Below, piece by piece: positions 32,201 through 40,659 of a DNA stretch of 64,000 bases. Position 1 is the stretch's first letter; each line of letters starts with the position of its first letter. Position numbers and translations under genes: made by a program. The notes beneath the pieces were generated by a model. That model was given only the letters and a program-made list of their open reading frames with translations, was not told where the DNA came from and ran no database searches. The stretch is from assembly GCA_004764695.1 (NCBI GenBank), contig SMSO01000033.1, positions 992,001 to 1,056,000 of the forward strand, in the 5' to 3' direction. The DNA comes from Schizochytrium sp. TIO01. Its lineage: Eukaryota; Protista; Bigyra: Labyrinthulomycetes.

Positions 32201-34858
32201 TACCATTGTTCTACCAATGCGGCAGTCTGTTAGGTCTGCCTTCTTGCCATCGCGAGTGCTTTCATCTTGGTGTGCTTGAAGGTCATCGAGTAAAGCCTTG
32301 CATCGATCGATTGAGGATTTGCTCATAAGAGTTCCTTCGGTCTTACTAATGAATTGTTCGCTTGCCAGAACTCGATAACGACGATAAAACATTTCGTGCA
32401 AGCGTCTGAAAGGGAAACCTTGCTTACGGATCTCGATGGCCTCAAAGACACCGGAGTAGCGCAGCTGCTCAAGACACAGGAATGGGTCGAATCTGTCAGG
32501 TGCCTTTTCATTATTCGGTTTGATGCAGCGTACATAATGAGGATTAGTGTCATTGAGAGCCCTCATGAGTTCCTCAAGTTGCTTGCAGAAAAAGCTAGCT
32601 TGGGTCTTATGGCGGCGCTTAGTTGTAGAGACAGTCCCATCGTCCTCAATGGTGTTACTGGTGAAGAGATATTCTCCCATCAGCCGATTAGAGGAGCCCA
32701 GAGCTAGGCTTAGTAAGTTTTCTCGGAGATCATCCTTATTTTTCTCTAGAAAACCCTCTGCGCTATATACTACAAGACCAGCGTAATGCTCCACGGCGAA
32801 CGAAAGCTCACGCTTCGCACGAATTTTGGGTCCAGATTGAAAGCGGGAATGTCCCGTGTTCCCGCCGTGAAATTGAACAATTTTGCTATTGTATGAAGCA
32901 TCTGAGCCTCGAGGAAGAACACACTCTTCATCAAGAAGGACCAAGAGGCCACGTGGTCGATCTTCGAGAAGCGAAAGCACATCAGCATTATCTTTGAATT
33001 GAGGAGTGATAAAGTCAATGCCCTCATCCTCATAGACATGTTGCTCCGTCTTGAAGGTATGTTGATTAAAATGCTGCTGGAGTTTCTCATTTGCAAAATT
33101 AATGCAAAGTTGCTCAAAAGAATTATGTTCAAAAATCTCAAATCCAAAAATATCGAGCGCACCAATCATGCGAACAGAGGTACTGCTGCTGCTGTTGTTG
33201 TTGTTGTTCTTGTTGTTGTTACTGCCTACATTGTTTTTGGACTGTTTCGCTTCCTCTCCGGCAAGCGTAACATTGACCCGTTTTACAAGCCAATCGAATA
33301 ATCGTCCGTAGATTTCTCGTGCGAGAGCTGCGCATGATTCCTCCGCAGCCTGGGCATTGAGAGGGCTTGCTATGACTTGGCCTCCCATTGTACGGATGCG
33401 ATTTTGCACATTATTCAAAAGCTCTTTGCGTGTGAAGCCGAGAAGATCGCAAACTGCTGTGATAGCAGACTCGCTAGTGGGAAGATGAACTTCGCAGGCA
33501 TCATCTGCTGACCCGCCAGTTGGTGTTCTAAACTCAAGATTACCTAGCCACATTACACCCGCCACAACTCGCAGAATGTCCGTTTGTTCATCATCTGAGA
33601 AGCCAAGTTCATCGAGTGCTTCGGTCGTCTCTGCAAATGCCTCTTCATCGTCAACCCCAAGAATATCTGTACAGCCCCCTACATGAAGGTATTTAATTAA
33701 GCTGCATGCTTTGGGCAGGCGTAGAACATCCCTTTGTTTCTCTGAAGCACCCTTGACAAGCTGATAAAAGATGTGAAAGTTTCGCTCGCCTGCGATTTGT
33801 GTGGACACTCGACTTTTCTCTAACAAATAGTTGACAATATGACCACTTGCAATTCGATCGAGCGCATCAAATTGGACAGCTGTCCATTTACCAAAGCGAC
33901 TCGAATTTCCATTACGAAGAGTTTTGGCGTTACCGAATGCCTCCAAAATAGGATTGGTTGCAAGAAGTTTGTTCTCCAGCCCGATGGTTGACCCAGCTAC
34001 ATCGGCAAGGTACTGAAGGCACTTTTTCGTGGCTTCTGTTTTGCCAGCTCCACTCTCACCGCTAATGATGATGCTTTGACTGGTCCTATCGTCGCGGAGA
34101 CCTCTGTATGCGTTGTCTGAAATCTCAAAAAAATGCGGTGGGACATCGTCACCTATGGCTCGTTCACGATAGAGTGCAAACTGCTCTGCTGTGTATAGCT
34201 TGTCGATCCACTTAAATGGGTTTACGCTGATGAGGATGCTACCAACATTTGTGAAATAGTCATCACGTTCTGTTCTCAAGCGCAGGTTATGCAGTACAGT
34301 AGCCTCGTTGATTACTTGCATTTTAACCATATCATCTGTGTCCTTGTTAATTCTATCGATGTTCAGCACTGGTCCCAATACGTCCTTCTCTGGATCTTCC
34401 ACTGTAATTTCGCGACCATCCAACGTCTTAAATTTCCTCCCGTTTTTCTCGTTGCGTTGCGCTACTGCGAAGCAAAATATTTCGTCCCGCACCCATGCCC
34501 ATTCACCTTGGCCCGCAAGAACCTCGGAACCACTTTTGCGACGCGTTTCGCGCAGAGCAAAATCAGTTGGTGTGTCCCAGGTAGTCTTTCGCGTCAAAGA
34601 ATTGAAGTAGTAAGTGGCGCCTTCCTTCGTTGTGTGCTCTGTCCATGCGGCCTCGATCGCATCGGATGACGGACCTTGATCAAGCCCATCTTCGCGCAAT
34701 AATGGAGCGCTCCCACGGCTCAATGTGAGTGATCCACGTCGGATGCGCTCTCGAACTTGCTCTGTGGTCAACGGGCTGGATGGTGATGGTGGTGACGGCG
34801 GACTATCATCGCCAATGCTTCGCCGCCGCGAAGCTGTACGTGGCACTTTTGTTGGCAT
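23249..34858 (-). CDS. Giant unconventional myosin, 3869 aa: WW - motor - degenerate IQ - long repeat tail - MyTH4 without FERM; class IV-like
   Basis: WW domain WTEHTTKEGATYYFNSLTRKTTWDTP; P-loop GESGAGKT; switch I NSSRFGK; switch II DIFGFE; FEQLCINFANEKLQ; YVRCIKPN; IQ-like LTRIGRGFLAR; MyTH4 LRDEILLQILKQLTDNP..RGWLLM..FPPS. One uninterrupted 11.6-kb ORF. Confidence 0.95.
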   Translation of the reverse strand: MPTKVPRTASRRRSIGDDSPPSPPSPSSPLTTEQVRERIRRGSLTLSRGSAPLLREDGLDQGPSSDAIEAAWTEHTTKEGATYYFNSLTRKTTWDTPTDFALRETRRKSGSEVLAGQGEWAWVRDEIFCFAVAQRNEKNGRKFKTLDGREITVEDPEKDVLGPVLNIDRINKDTDDMVKMQVINEATVLHNLRLRTERDDYFTNVGSILISVNPFKWIDKLYTAEQFALYRERAIGDDVPPHFFEISDNAYRGLRDDRTSQSIIISGESGAGKTEATKKCLQYLADVAGSTIGLENKLLATNPILEAFGNAKTLRNGNSSRFGKWTAVQFDALDRIASGHIVNYLLEKSRVSTQIAGERNFHIFYQLVKGASEKQRDVLRLPKACSLIKYLHVGGCTDILGVDDEEAFAETTEALDELGFSDDEQTDILRVVAGVMWLGNLEFRTPTGGSADDACEVHLPTSESAITAVCDLLGFTRKELLNNVQNRIRTMGGQVIASPLNAQAAEESCAALAREIYGRLFDWLVKRVNVTLAGEEAKQSKNNVGSNNNKNNNNNSSSSTSVRMIGALDIFGFEIFEHNSFEQLCINFANEKLQQHFNQHTFKTEQHVYEDEGIDFITPQFKDNADVLSLLEDRPRGLLVLLDEECVLPRGSDASYNSKIVQFHGGNTGHSRFQSGPKIRAKRELSFAVEHYAGLVVYSAEGFLEKNKDDLRENLLSLALGSSNRLMGEYLFTSNTIEDDGTVSTTKRRHKTQASFFCKQLEELMRALNDTNPHYVRCIKPNNEKAPDRFDPFLCLEQLRYSGVFEAIEIRKQGFPFRRLHEMFYRRYRVLASEQFISKTEGTLMSKSSIDRCKALLDDLQAHQDESTRDGKKADLTDCRIGRTMVLYRAPEHLYLEAKREAARAVAGRVLTRIGRGFLARARVANFREIQQSLNAAIQSRELMDISEAVFDAEERVKPPFNLHRELREARETMAEIEKELTLCAQVEDLEAVLQAQPAAAADRYEEIEDTLSACERLQIAEKYPELAPVIKNFDRRIQGVRNLIQAKKELRSATHASFKPDLVEAIKRVEALQNEHGAPFCEEELREAKDRLEQVVREEKVSEALLAGLEKGGPRGEPGNLDRSKISSDSLRKAWTKAANMQDDLTPRGKALADYAELILALRDSMKKCDWPSSETLLARANQLEENGELERFHLPRQELDLCKAEVACYTVVAEISSSVQHDAVAGDATNPDVSQASSTRLREDIEDAKMLGSSAAVAKNVIRSAEKHSRLREAARDFHFEAMAPLLETDGAQIALNEGLDPNDMYAKMYLEAVKSEQELIWKIYYAHLLESKASEALCKPAISGKVGKLKVSSSKSTRDLDEVIDWVKKILNGVGPSARSAALLILVQYMRSIRVDLLKNANDFSILENVREAQKLVKKHDAPDQCRDELNLVLHDLTEKECIHILQKAVRASGAVSGTVGHLKVNKIDTKPLESALKDAQSKLDAIASGSQPQSTLAQEAFFAIQELIDLRSAIIDDNWDQVESILLAGAEQKESFDATEIEVELIQDELNNRTIIAELTKALSSGAPSGPIGELDLSSIDVESLQADVNDANELGCHTKEAKELLENANLVLRIRRGLVSEDWDMVEHALDEARFKRILPLAEDEVKTATKEMNNRRILHSLEHALRSGGPSGTLEDLRVDTITFHVLDEALALAQKLRCESGRAQHLFAASKIVRAARAALAEKRFIQLGPLVDDAVRQSFLRVEDHDVGIDETKLRDVEPAQKELELMRDKYEDESMCHDLAEALLQGQPKGRIGAIDLASVKLGNLIKVTEKYSEHESKTTSAAQLLESAKVAVSLREALLAGPDWTAAEAILKRYSPETILAQHGFSLVDSVEQEVTLISDEIENRKIVASLTSAIRQGAVGGSIGALDLDQLSVVVLNDAIEKVKKMQCKSSESKQLFETAKRLRDVRACVADADGAARPDGSPDAVQWLGAVQVALDKAHASKIASVANDELKLIQNHVDDIKIVRELCAALSQGQVDGKIGDTDPSSCNVERLDAALDCVHTLVCKTERAKKLEKTAKLVAQLRKSLLTDGWSKMPQLLEKNLGVSVQGGAPPDTFAGCADEASGEFQRLVDECRERAVTSQTLHALEHGSVQGTPGVVNISNLDTKSLTQAIAFADRARKHLSSYSKDLASLASILLLVREGFEHGGREGDEVEIIAAALAKLPSFDTLGEVAIPAVTRKELELAHDHVNDFRIRTTIQNAVQNGHGGHPLRIADIDVTGLRDAVSAVNSALGGPKSREAQDLVNGADLILQMRTALLKRDYEALRYILNEALDNSCIARMSSAKDQVYHARCLLVNHDTVTALAEAVKTGTIVGGDEKKIEASPKSVVSARVLWETLKNAQKQIGGEYDPEVIKLCDLCEHLAELRDAFRISNSDQWASVSAKLTAMSNFFRIQEDEYRAQAAAGTLAYLSEHDSSIDLVKDDIRTEYEEIRGRHEDRMVQRMLLEAMSDGALQGRVGSISTSSLQVAALQGAVEAAGSAQRPSRKMLAYLREAKYLLDMRRAILSDDWQATYDIIKHWREDTPEHSTSGDLYKDLNALVRVFTAERSLASEESTRRVVVDDLSHALSTGGIVGVPGELSTQHVSVAQLNRAIARALEVGVNTPDAQQLMLAAHTVRQIRNGILASPDEGGGDGHVDCPLVRDALRTCEEEHDGEDGLPEVARREILLIKHELEDQDSSRLLTDALAWAGPETVWSSSREEFSDDEEISEEEGGDSLDGFDEGQEEEDGINAFGLQVHHGDEEMAASSNDDRNDEDDESVEASKSSTVPGEEEVKTHDGREGKIASARDQSQYRSKSLSSKGRSESGGKATKKPAKARRYSRYLPSRINVDKLSSAIAKTQESKCHTVYSRALYKLAFFVRDLRAACLETAWDHASSCITAIDRIRDRVCSREAPISTQSGESGQWRAALALIQPEVERARDEIETLETVSELRQALSSGQAPGQFGYLRIDRLDVSFLDKALGRASRARCRSEESITLRKTASLLRQLRMAVRNEDYTTASVVLAEAQSYASSLGQSNNGRSEGAVLFHRLPVAGSEIELLHHEVENKLAGRALKAALRSGAVSGRVGAVSITSSNVSSLERAMAKAESLARITDETRALVHSCRVVLRLRQILMDSPAFGALTHYDEISRAPQMWETAIQVLRSAVANVPEGNIPVQEDEGWVSMVSTAPAGLNRRRSQSPLSPGSQGGASVMSSDRDARSFSLLWCHPEARRELALLLDEIQHREAVQSLVRALGSGHAKFLGGFVDVATVKTGALEAAITTAKKVPTRTDELTSLQFSSSVILRCREALLDGSWQDLDNLLRDCAEMRIHEAAADELNLLRRETHLHNVIKSVLVRLQEATKHRDVDALEQALEEAETLRLSASPDLHVLSRVNKARQLLDRLMMVDERLDQCFKRADLQGLDSTLEEARRLKYNPRTASTAMELRDRLHTAFTQAERAVETVDVTAMRALLEQARREHIDLPRTDEMRRLLSMPPAQLERLRLNAAVERGDEDTVVDVTLAIKSRFFEQEATREKHRLELFPALKSPSEFAANTGAVAPGLASGMLAHSSTPIPTSLSRLPSTPATSLAVKVFRALLGYMGDREYSYPASLAQEILQVGLAVTELRDEILLQILKQLTDNPSAKSRQRGWLLMSLVLRTFPPSELFENYLELWLRRKGVELRARAGSSETNNWAHLCLNQMHRIVFRGPADAIPPLDEVHHLLQVNPSEHSRLTSTGMGLVSPNRYNLGNGHHSPKQSLMQDAEVEHNQNYNFTNHAAHYENYGNTNDVDDEYDDDAFESASSAAAAAARQPARRTFVPARLNIPPYEYS
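24710..31550 (-). repeat. Array of about 18 diverged protein-level repeats (105-130 aa) in the myosin tail
   Basis: Recurring consensus L..AL..G...G..G.(L/I).....I....L..A+..A ... A..L...R.A+...DW..+...L ... E+.L+..E+. Examples: LTKALSSGAPSGPIGELDLSSIDVESL, LRQALSSGQAPGQFGYLRIDRLDVSFL, LKAALRSGAVSGRVGAVSITSSNVSSL. Boundaries are approximate. Confidence 0.85.
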
Positions 34859-35713
34859 CGTGGATGCACGTATTTTCCTTTGGTGATGTAGATGTAATGT
34901 AATCTAGACGTAGAGTTTTGGTTTGGGTTTAGCTTCAAATATTGTGGTAACACAATTTATAGATTGCAATCCGCAACTACAAGGACTGAAGTTCCAGGTT
35001 ATTCGTATCAAAGCCAAATTTAACTTCAGGATTAAAGAGGGCCGCTTCTTGACAGCGATGACAGGACTCTTCAAATCCTCGAGCACTCTGGAGCGGGAGG
35101 GTGAGCGTAAGTATGCACAATCTTTGGCAAAGGCACCCTCGAATTCAAACCAAGTGGCCCTCGTGCGACGCCAGCGGGTACGGCGAACCCTAGTCGGGAT
35201 TGCCGGGTCTCCCGCGGCCCCTACACCGCCAGAGACCTACCTGCTGCCTTTTCACAAACGCGTGCCCCGCGTGTCTCGCGCAAGCAGCGACTCCGTTCTG
35301 CCAAACTTTTTGCACAGTGATTGCAATTTCATACAATAATGGGGATGCTAGGTACTGTTGTTCTACTGTTATAGTTTAGGTTAAGTACAAGCTCTTTTTG
35401 GGCACATGCACAAAGTGAAGAAGAAGACGGCCACGGAAGGTTAGGTAAACGAACCAAGTTAATCGCAGACAAACTGATCTTCTCTTTATCAAAGTCTTCG
35501 ATTTGCCGCTAAGCGGCGACAAAAGGTCAAATATTGCAAGCAATTGAAGATGCAGGCAAGTAATAGTTCTCTTTGAATGCCATTGGGGGCGTGAAAGTAG
35601 TAGTAGTTTTTTAATGCATTCCTAGAAGTACGGTGGTGTAACATCTGTTATAGTACTGCTAAGAAATACTGTTATAGCTTTATCTACCTCCCTGCCTAGA
35701 GCATATAATGGTA

Positions 35714-35733
35714 ACTACTACTACTACTACTAC

Positions 35734-35755
<22 letters not shown>
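35714..35755. repeat. Perfect 42-bp palindrome (ACT)7(AGT)7
   Basis: Read directly; centred on ACTAGT at 35732-35737. Confidence 0.9.
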
Positions 35756-35764
<9 letters not shown>

Positions 35765-36259
35765 CGTAGGATTAGGATTAGGAGTAGATGTTGACGAAAG
35801 AATTATGATCGTGGCCGCATCCTTGCTAGCTAATACTAATAGCATACTCGTAAGAAAGGGCGTCCTGTCGTAACGCTTCTGTCTGTGAAGCCTCTTTGCA
35901 CGGGTCAAGGGAGGCGCAGGCTTGGGCTTACAGACAGGGATAAACAGGTGTTGCCATGCTTCGTGGTATGTTGCTCAATTTATAGACCAGGCTACGCAAG
36001 GTTATTAAACGGCTTGGCGGAATCCTTGCACACGAGAGTTTGGGTTAGTAGCAGGTGAGATGAACTTGAACTACAGCTGGAACGGTCATTTCTTTTTAAT
36101 TGAGAGAGGCCCTTGTTTTGATTGAAAAGAGAAGGAACTTACACATTTGGGATGAATATAGAGATGATGTAGTGTATTACAGTGAGTCAGTGTCTACGAT
36201 ATGGACATGTGGTGGTTGCAAAAATCCCCAAAGGGTACGGAGAGTGAAATTGGTGGTTT

Positions 36260-37450
36260 ACTAACTAACAACTTGAGTTGCAGAGATTGTGCACGGAAAG
36301 TGAACCATCACACTCTTCACAAAGTCTTTAGTTAAATAAGGTAGTCTACAATTGCATTTCAGAACATGTAATGATTTCTTCTTGCTGAGAATTTTACGTA
36401 AAAATTCATGTCGCCAAGATATAAGGACCCAATGATCAATCTCAAAGATCAATCGATGAAGTCGAAGTGCGCATGCCATAGGGGTGTCTATATGGTAGGG
36501 TTGTACTTGATAATTTAATTGCTTCTCAACCAGATGGTGCCTCTAACTAAGGAAATCAATGACTTTACTAGGAAAAATAAGACTCGCAAAGTCTTCTCCT
36601 GAATCTTTATGAAAGACCGAGGAGAAGTCATTGTTCAATTAATATATATATATATTTTTTTTTTCTGGACTTGATAATTTGATCCAACGTCTGCTCTCGT
36701 CATTCAAGCTAGGCACCTGGTGATCTGTACCCAACTTTTTAGTACGTTCTTCAAGCTGTTAGTTTATGATGTGCTGTTATTCATGTACTCGCGTTTCTGC
36801 TTTAATAGTGGCAGCGGTCTTCGTGTGATATGCGAGCTTTAGACATATCTCAGGGGATATTTGGTTCGAAAAGTTGAAAATCAAATATGCGACTGATTTT
36901 TTCAATATGGTTTTTTTTTTTTCAAGTGTAGACCTGTGCGTATCTCAGCTGCGCTGAACGCAGAATAGCTTCCAGTCTTAGAACTAGTCTTCCACTTTTT
37001 ATTAATCACCTTCATATTCTTCTCAAGAACGAGTGTGTCTTTAGTTCTACATAAACTCAGGGTATGTATGCTGAGATCTCCAATCGAAGGAACTAGTGAA
37101 ACGGCATTGCTAGAGTTCTTGGCGTCCATTTGTAAAACCCTCGAAGGCATAGGGCTTACAATAGAGCAAGAGTAGGCAGCCAGAGTCAAGAACCAAAAGT
37201 GTAACTACATATTACCTAGATCCACGTATTGTGTAACTTGAATCGATGGCTGAAGAGGTTGAATTAATTTAACCACATCAGGCATCTCTAACACCGTTCA
37301 AGAATGTCTTAGCCTGCTTAATTACTATATGAACCCATCTGCATTGGAACTTATTCTCCGGGACAGCAGTTTGCTAACCCTCAAATCACCCTTTATAAAG
37401 CCATCATCAAGACTTTTGCCTTCATCTTTACAGTTAACCTCAAGCTGACC
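36260..37450 (-). mobile_element. Decayed Mutator-like (MULE) transposase remnant, minus strand
   Basis: Motifs in MULE order across frameshifts: DDGFIKG (about 37400), PENKFQCRWVH (CxxH-like, 37329-37346), RT/SNAV (about 37110) and YQVQ/LPYRH/MACAL...WRHEF (SWIM-like LPCRH, 36484-36498). Confidence 0.4.
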
Positions 37451-38089
37451 AGAATTATATCACAGCAATGTAGTCAGTCTTGTTATTAGTTGTTTTGCAA
37501 ACCAGCCGAATGATATTGTTGTTTTTCACTTGAAAAGAAGAATAAAGAATCATTTCCTTGAATTATAAGTTCAATCAATCAAAAACCTGCTTCATCAGAA
37601 GATGGTCATGTCTTTGGGCCCTTTCTCTGCGCCGTTAGGACCAGCCACATTGGAGAAAATAAATAAAAATATTTATCACTGTGTAATTTTAGGAAAGGTG
37701 CTTCAAGAAAAGCTTGCAACACGACTATATGTTATCAGGTATTTCAGAACTTGTGTTAGAAGCTGTCATCATAAGTATGTTTTCTGTTTTTGTTCTTACT
37801 GTAAGTAAATTTGATTAGATTCCTTAGCTCTGACCTTTTTTGTTTTGCAGATCAGAAGGCCAAGGAGCGCTCAAAAAGTTTTAAAGGAGTATCTCAAAGT
37901 TTTTTCTTCAAACTTTTATAAAAGTGTCTTAAATCTCCATGGGACAAACGGCGTCACAGAAATAGATCGTTTTGAAGTGTTTGTGTACATCTACCTAAGC
38001 TGCCAGGGTGTTTTTTTGAATTTCAAGCTGCGTTTTAATTGAAATCATTTTTTTCATATTGTGGTTGCTCAGAGTAAAAAACAAAAGAA

Positions 38090-38960
38090 GAAATTCATTT
38101 CGTATCCAATATAGTCGGGGGTTAAAGTTTCGCGGTTCTTAGGAGAAGCTTACAGAAAAGTTTGCGCGTGTTCATCTCATATTGTTTTCTTCACATTAAT
38201 CGAGGTTGTAGAGTCATCGTTTTGGTTATGCGTATCTGAGAAGCAAAATAATTCCCAGGATTCCTTGCACCGGCTAAATTCTTTGTGACTAAGGAGGTCC
38301 AAAACGTTGAGGGTCAATCACCGGGGTTAGAACGACGTTTGCTTACCGTGGAGAAGAAGGATTCGGGATTTGCTCATGGAAGTTATTGATTCTACGTCGC
38401 TGTGTTTGCGGAGACTCCTGGGTATGGTCTTCTTTTCCCGGTTATTATGACTGTTTCGTGCTGCTACGTGCCCGCCTGTGTCCATCGTTTAATTAATGGA
38501 TGATCTTTTGAACGACGTCTGACGCAGAACTTAAATGCTAATGTTAGCAGCATGTTATCGCTATGGAGACGAGTCGTGTGCGCATCTGCGCTTTTTTAAA
38601 GCTCCGGGGTGGGCGATTGATGCGAGTATATGATATGCTATTGGACTGGCTCATCGATTTCACAAATGCATGCCTTCATGATTGGAAGTCTAACATGTAG
38701 AAATATGGTTGACACATGGAAGCTATTGCTACCCCCGTGCTTCTCCGACAACTAAGCAGGTCGACTACAAAGCCGGCGCGGATGAACTTTGCTAAATTGG
38801 AAGGTTAACCCAATAATTGCATACAACTTAAAAACCCAAAATATCAAGAAAAAAAACTTGGGATAGGAGAGAGGTGTGGATTTGACCTAAAAAATGGGAC
38901 ACCTGTGTTTCCTGTAAAAAATCTATCGGTGACCAGCTTCGGCGCTGCAATGCGCTGGTG
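38090..38960 (+). mobile_element. Decayed Mutator-like (MULE) transposase remnant, plus strand
   Basis: Motifs in MULE order: LGEAYRKV/FARVH/SYCFLHINR (CxxH at 38183-38194); WVWSSFPG..LLRAR; SWIM-like VCA(S)ALF(*)SSGV..CE(Y)MIC (38576-38638); LLLPP.....AGR (38723 onward); zinc-knuckle-like CVSCKKSIG(D)QLRRC (38904-38948). Many stops and frameshifts. Confidence 0.55.
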
Positions 38961-40659
38961 GTTTTGAATGCACCGAATCAGGCAAACTGGACAAGAAGGT
39001 AGATGATGTAAATTCTTGATCTGTCTGCAAGATTCTTGACTTTGATCCCAATTCGTGTGATTTTGATCCCACGATACAAACCTCAATCAAAGTATATTTT
39101 TGGTGCTTACTTTCGGAATTAAGCGACTGATATCTTTGTCTTTGTCTTTTGTCAACATGATTATGAAAATAAATATTGTATGGTTGATACATCTACTTCC
39201 TTGTATCTGTTTACGCTTCGAAGAGCAAGTCACAGCAACCTCGGGGGAGGATATTGCACGCATATTCTCCAGCGTTTTTGTTTCCTGGGCCGACCAGCTT
39301 GTCTTTCTATTTGGTCTCGATTCAACATCAAAGCACATCACATTATACTTAGATCTATTAAAAAAATAAAAAACCTGCACAGCTTTGTCAGATTCCCTTG
39401 TGCATAATATAAACAAGTTGAAGGATTGATAGGAGTAGCCTTTGACTAGTGGGCGGCTGGGTACGATGAGAGTCGGACTTGGCCCTCCCAAATGTCCCCA
39501 GGTATGAAGTCCCGGTTAACTGTAAGTTAGGGTGTTGGCAACTTTCGCAACGCAACAAGGGTTGTAAAGATTGGCCAAGGAGGTAGATTCAAATGTTACA
39601 AGGGTAAAGTTGGTCATTGCGTACAAGGCAATGCCTCGCTTGTGAACGGGGCGCTGCTTGTGAACGGGGCGTGCTTTTTGTACCGGGTTTAAGAAAGGTA
39701 ATCCACAGTTTTCTTTGCTTCTCCTTTCCCTTGACATTTTTATTATTTTTTAAAATAAATGTAATTTCAGAAATTAACAACAAAAATAAACATTTAGTTG
39801 TTGGTTTTCCTTCCCCCCTCCTCCCGTTCGCTGTCATGTAGGTACCTACTATCACGATGAATAAATGAATGCTACCTAACTGTCGACCACCTCCTTTTAT
39901 GTCGTTGCAATTTAATTGAGCAAATCAAGGATTTGCCAAAGAAGATAAAAGGAAAGAAATCGAAAGCAAGCGGAGAAAGAACATCAAAGCGACGAAAATG
40001 TATGATATTGTAGTGTGTATGGTAGTTGGTTTGTATGTTATCATTAATAATTATGATCCAGCTGTTGCTTGAAGGGAAGCAACAGCATTAGAAGCATGTA
40101 AAGAGAAAAGTACTTGGACAAAATTTTGCACGATAAAAGGGTGACGAGGAATCGCAGATACCACTTTCATAAAAGTACGGCAGCGGTACTTGCTTTTTTG
40201 GTTTCTTGCCTTTGCTCTTGCTTCTTTTGGTTCCTATTTGAAGGCACTTCTGAGGGGGAAAGCCACCTTTGACTTGCGATGGACCGAGATCTGTGTTTCA
40301 CACGCAGAAAGAGCGGGACATGCTTGAACAGAGGAAACAAATGAAATAGAAAGGAAAAACAAAATCTGGGAGGGACGACATGGAAGTACACAAAAAAAAA
40401 AAAGCACGTCGGTATTTGCTGCACGGACCGGCGGGTCCATACGTTTGAGATCGACGTAAGTCTAGCCACAGAAACTAGTTGGTTCGCTAGCTACTGTGAA
40501 CTGCCAGACAATCTTTAACAACAATAATAAAGAGCCGTCCCTGGCTCATGAAGGTGGACGAAGATGGAAATGAAATGAAACGAAAAAGTGGCTAACTCAA
40601 GAACTTCATAATATGAAGAGCAGTAGGAGGAGTTCGCTTGGCTTATTGTACTTGCTCGT

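Noticed and set aside
35765-35785. TTAGGA repeats as an interstitial telomere
   Set aside because: Only about three units and not TTAGGG; too short to support.
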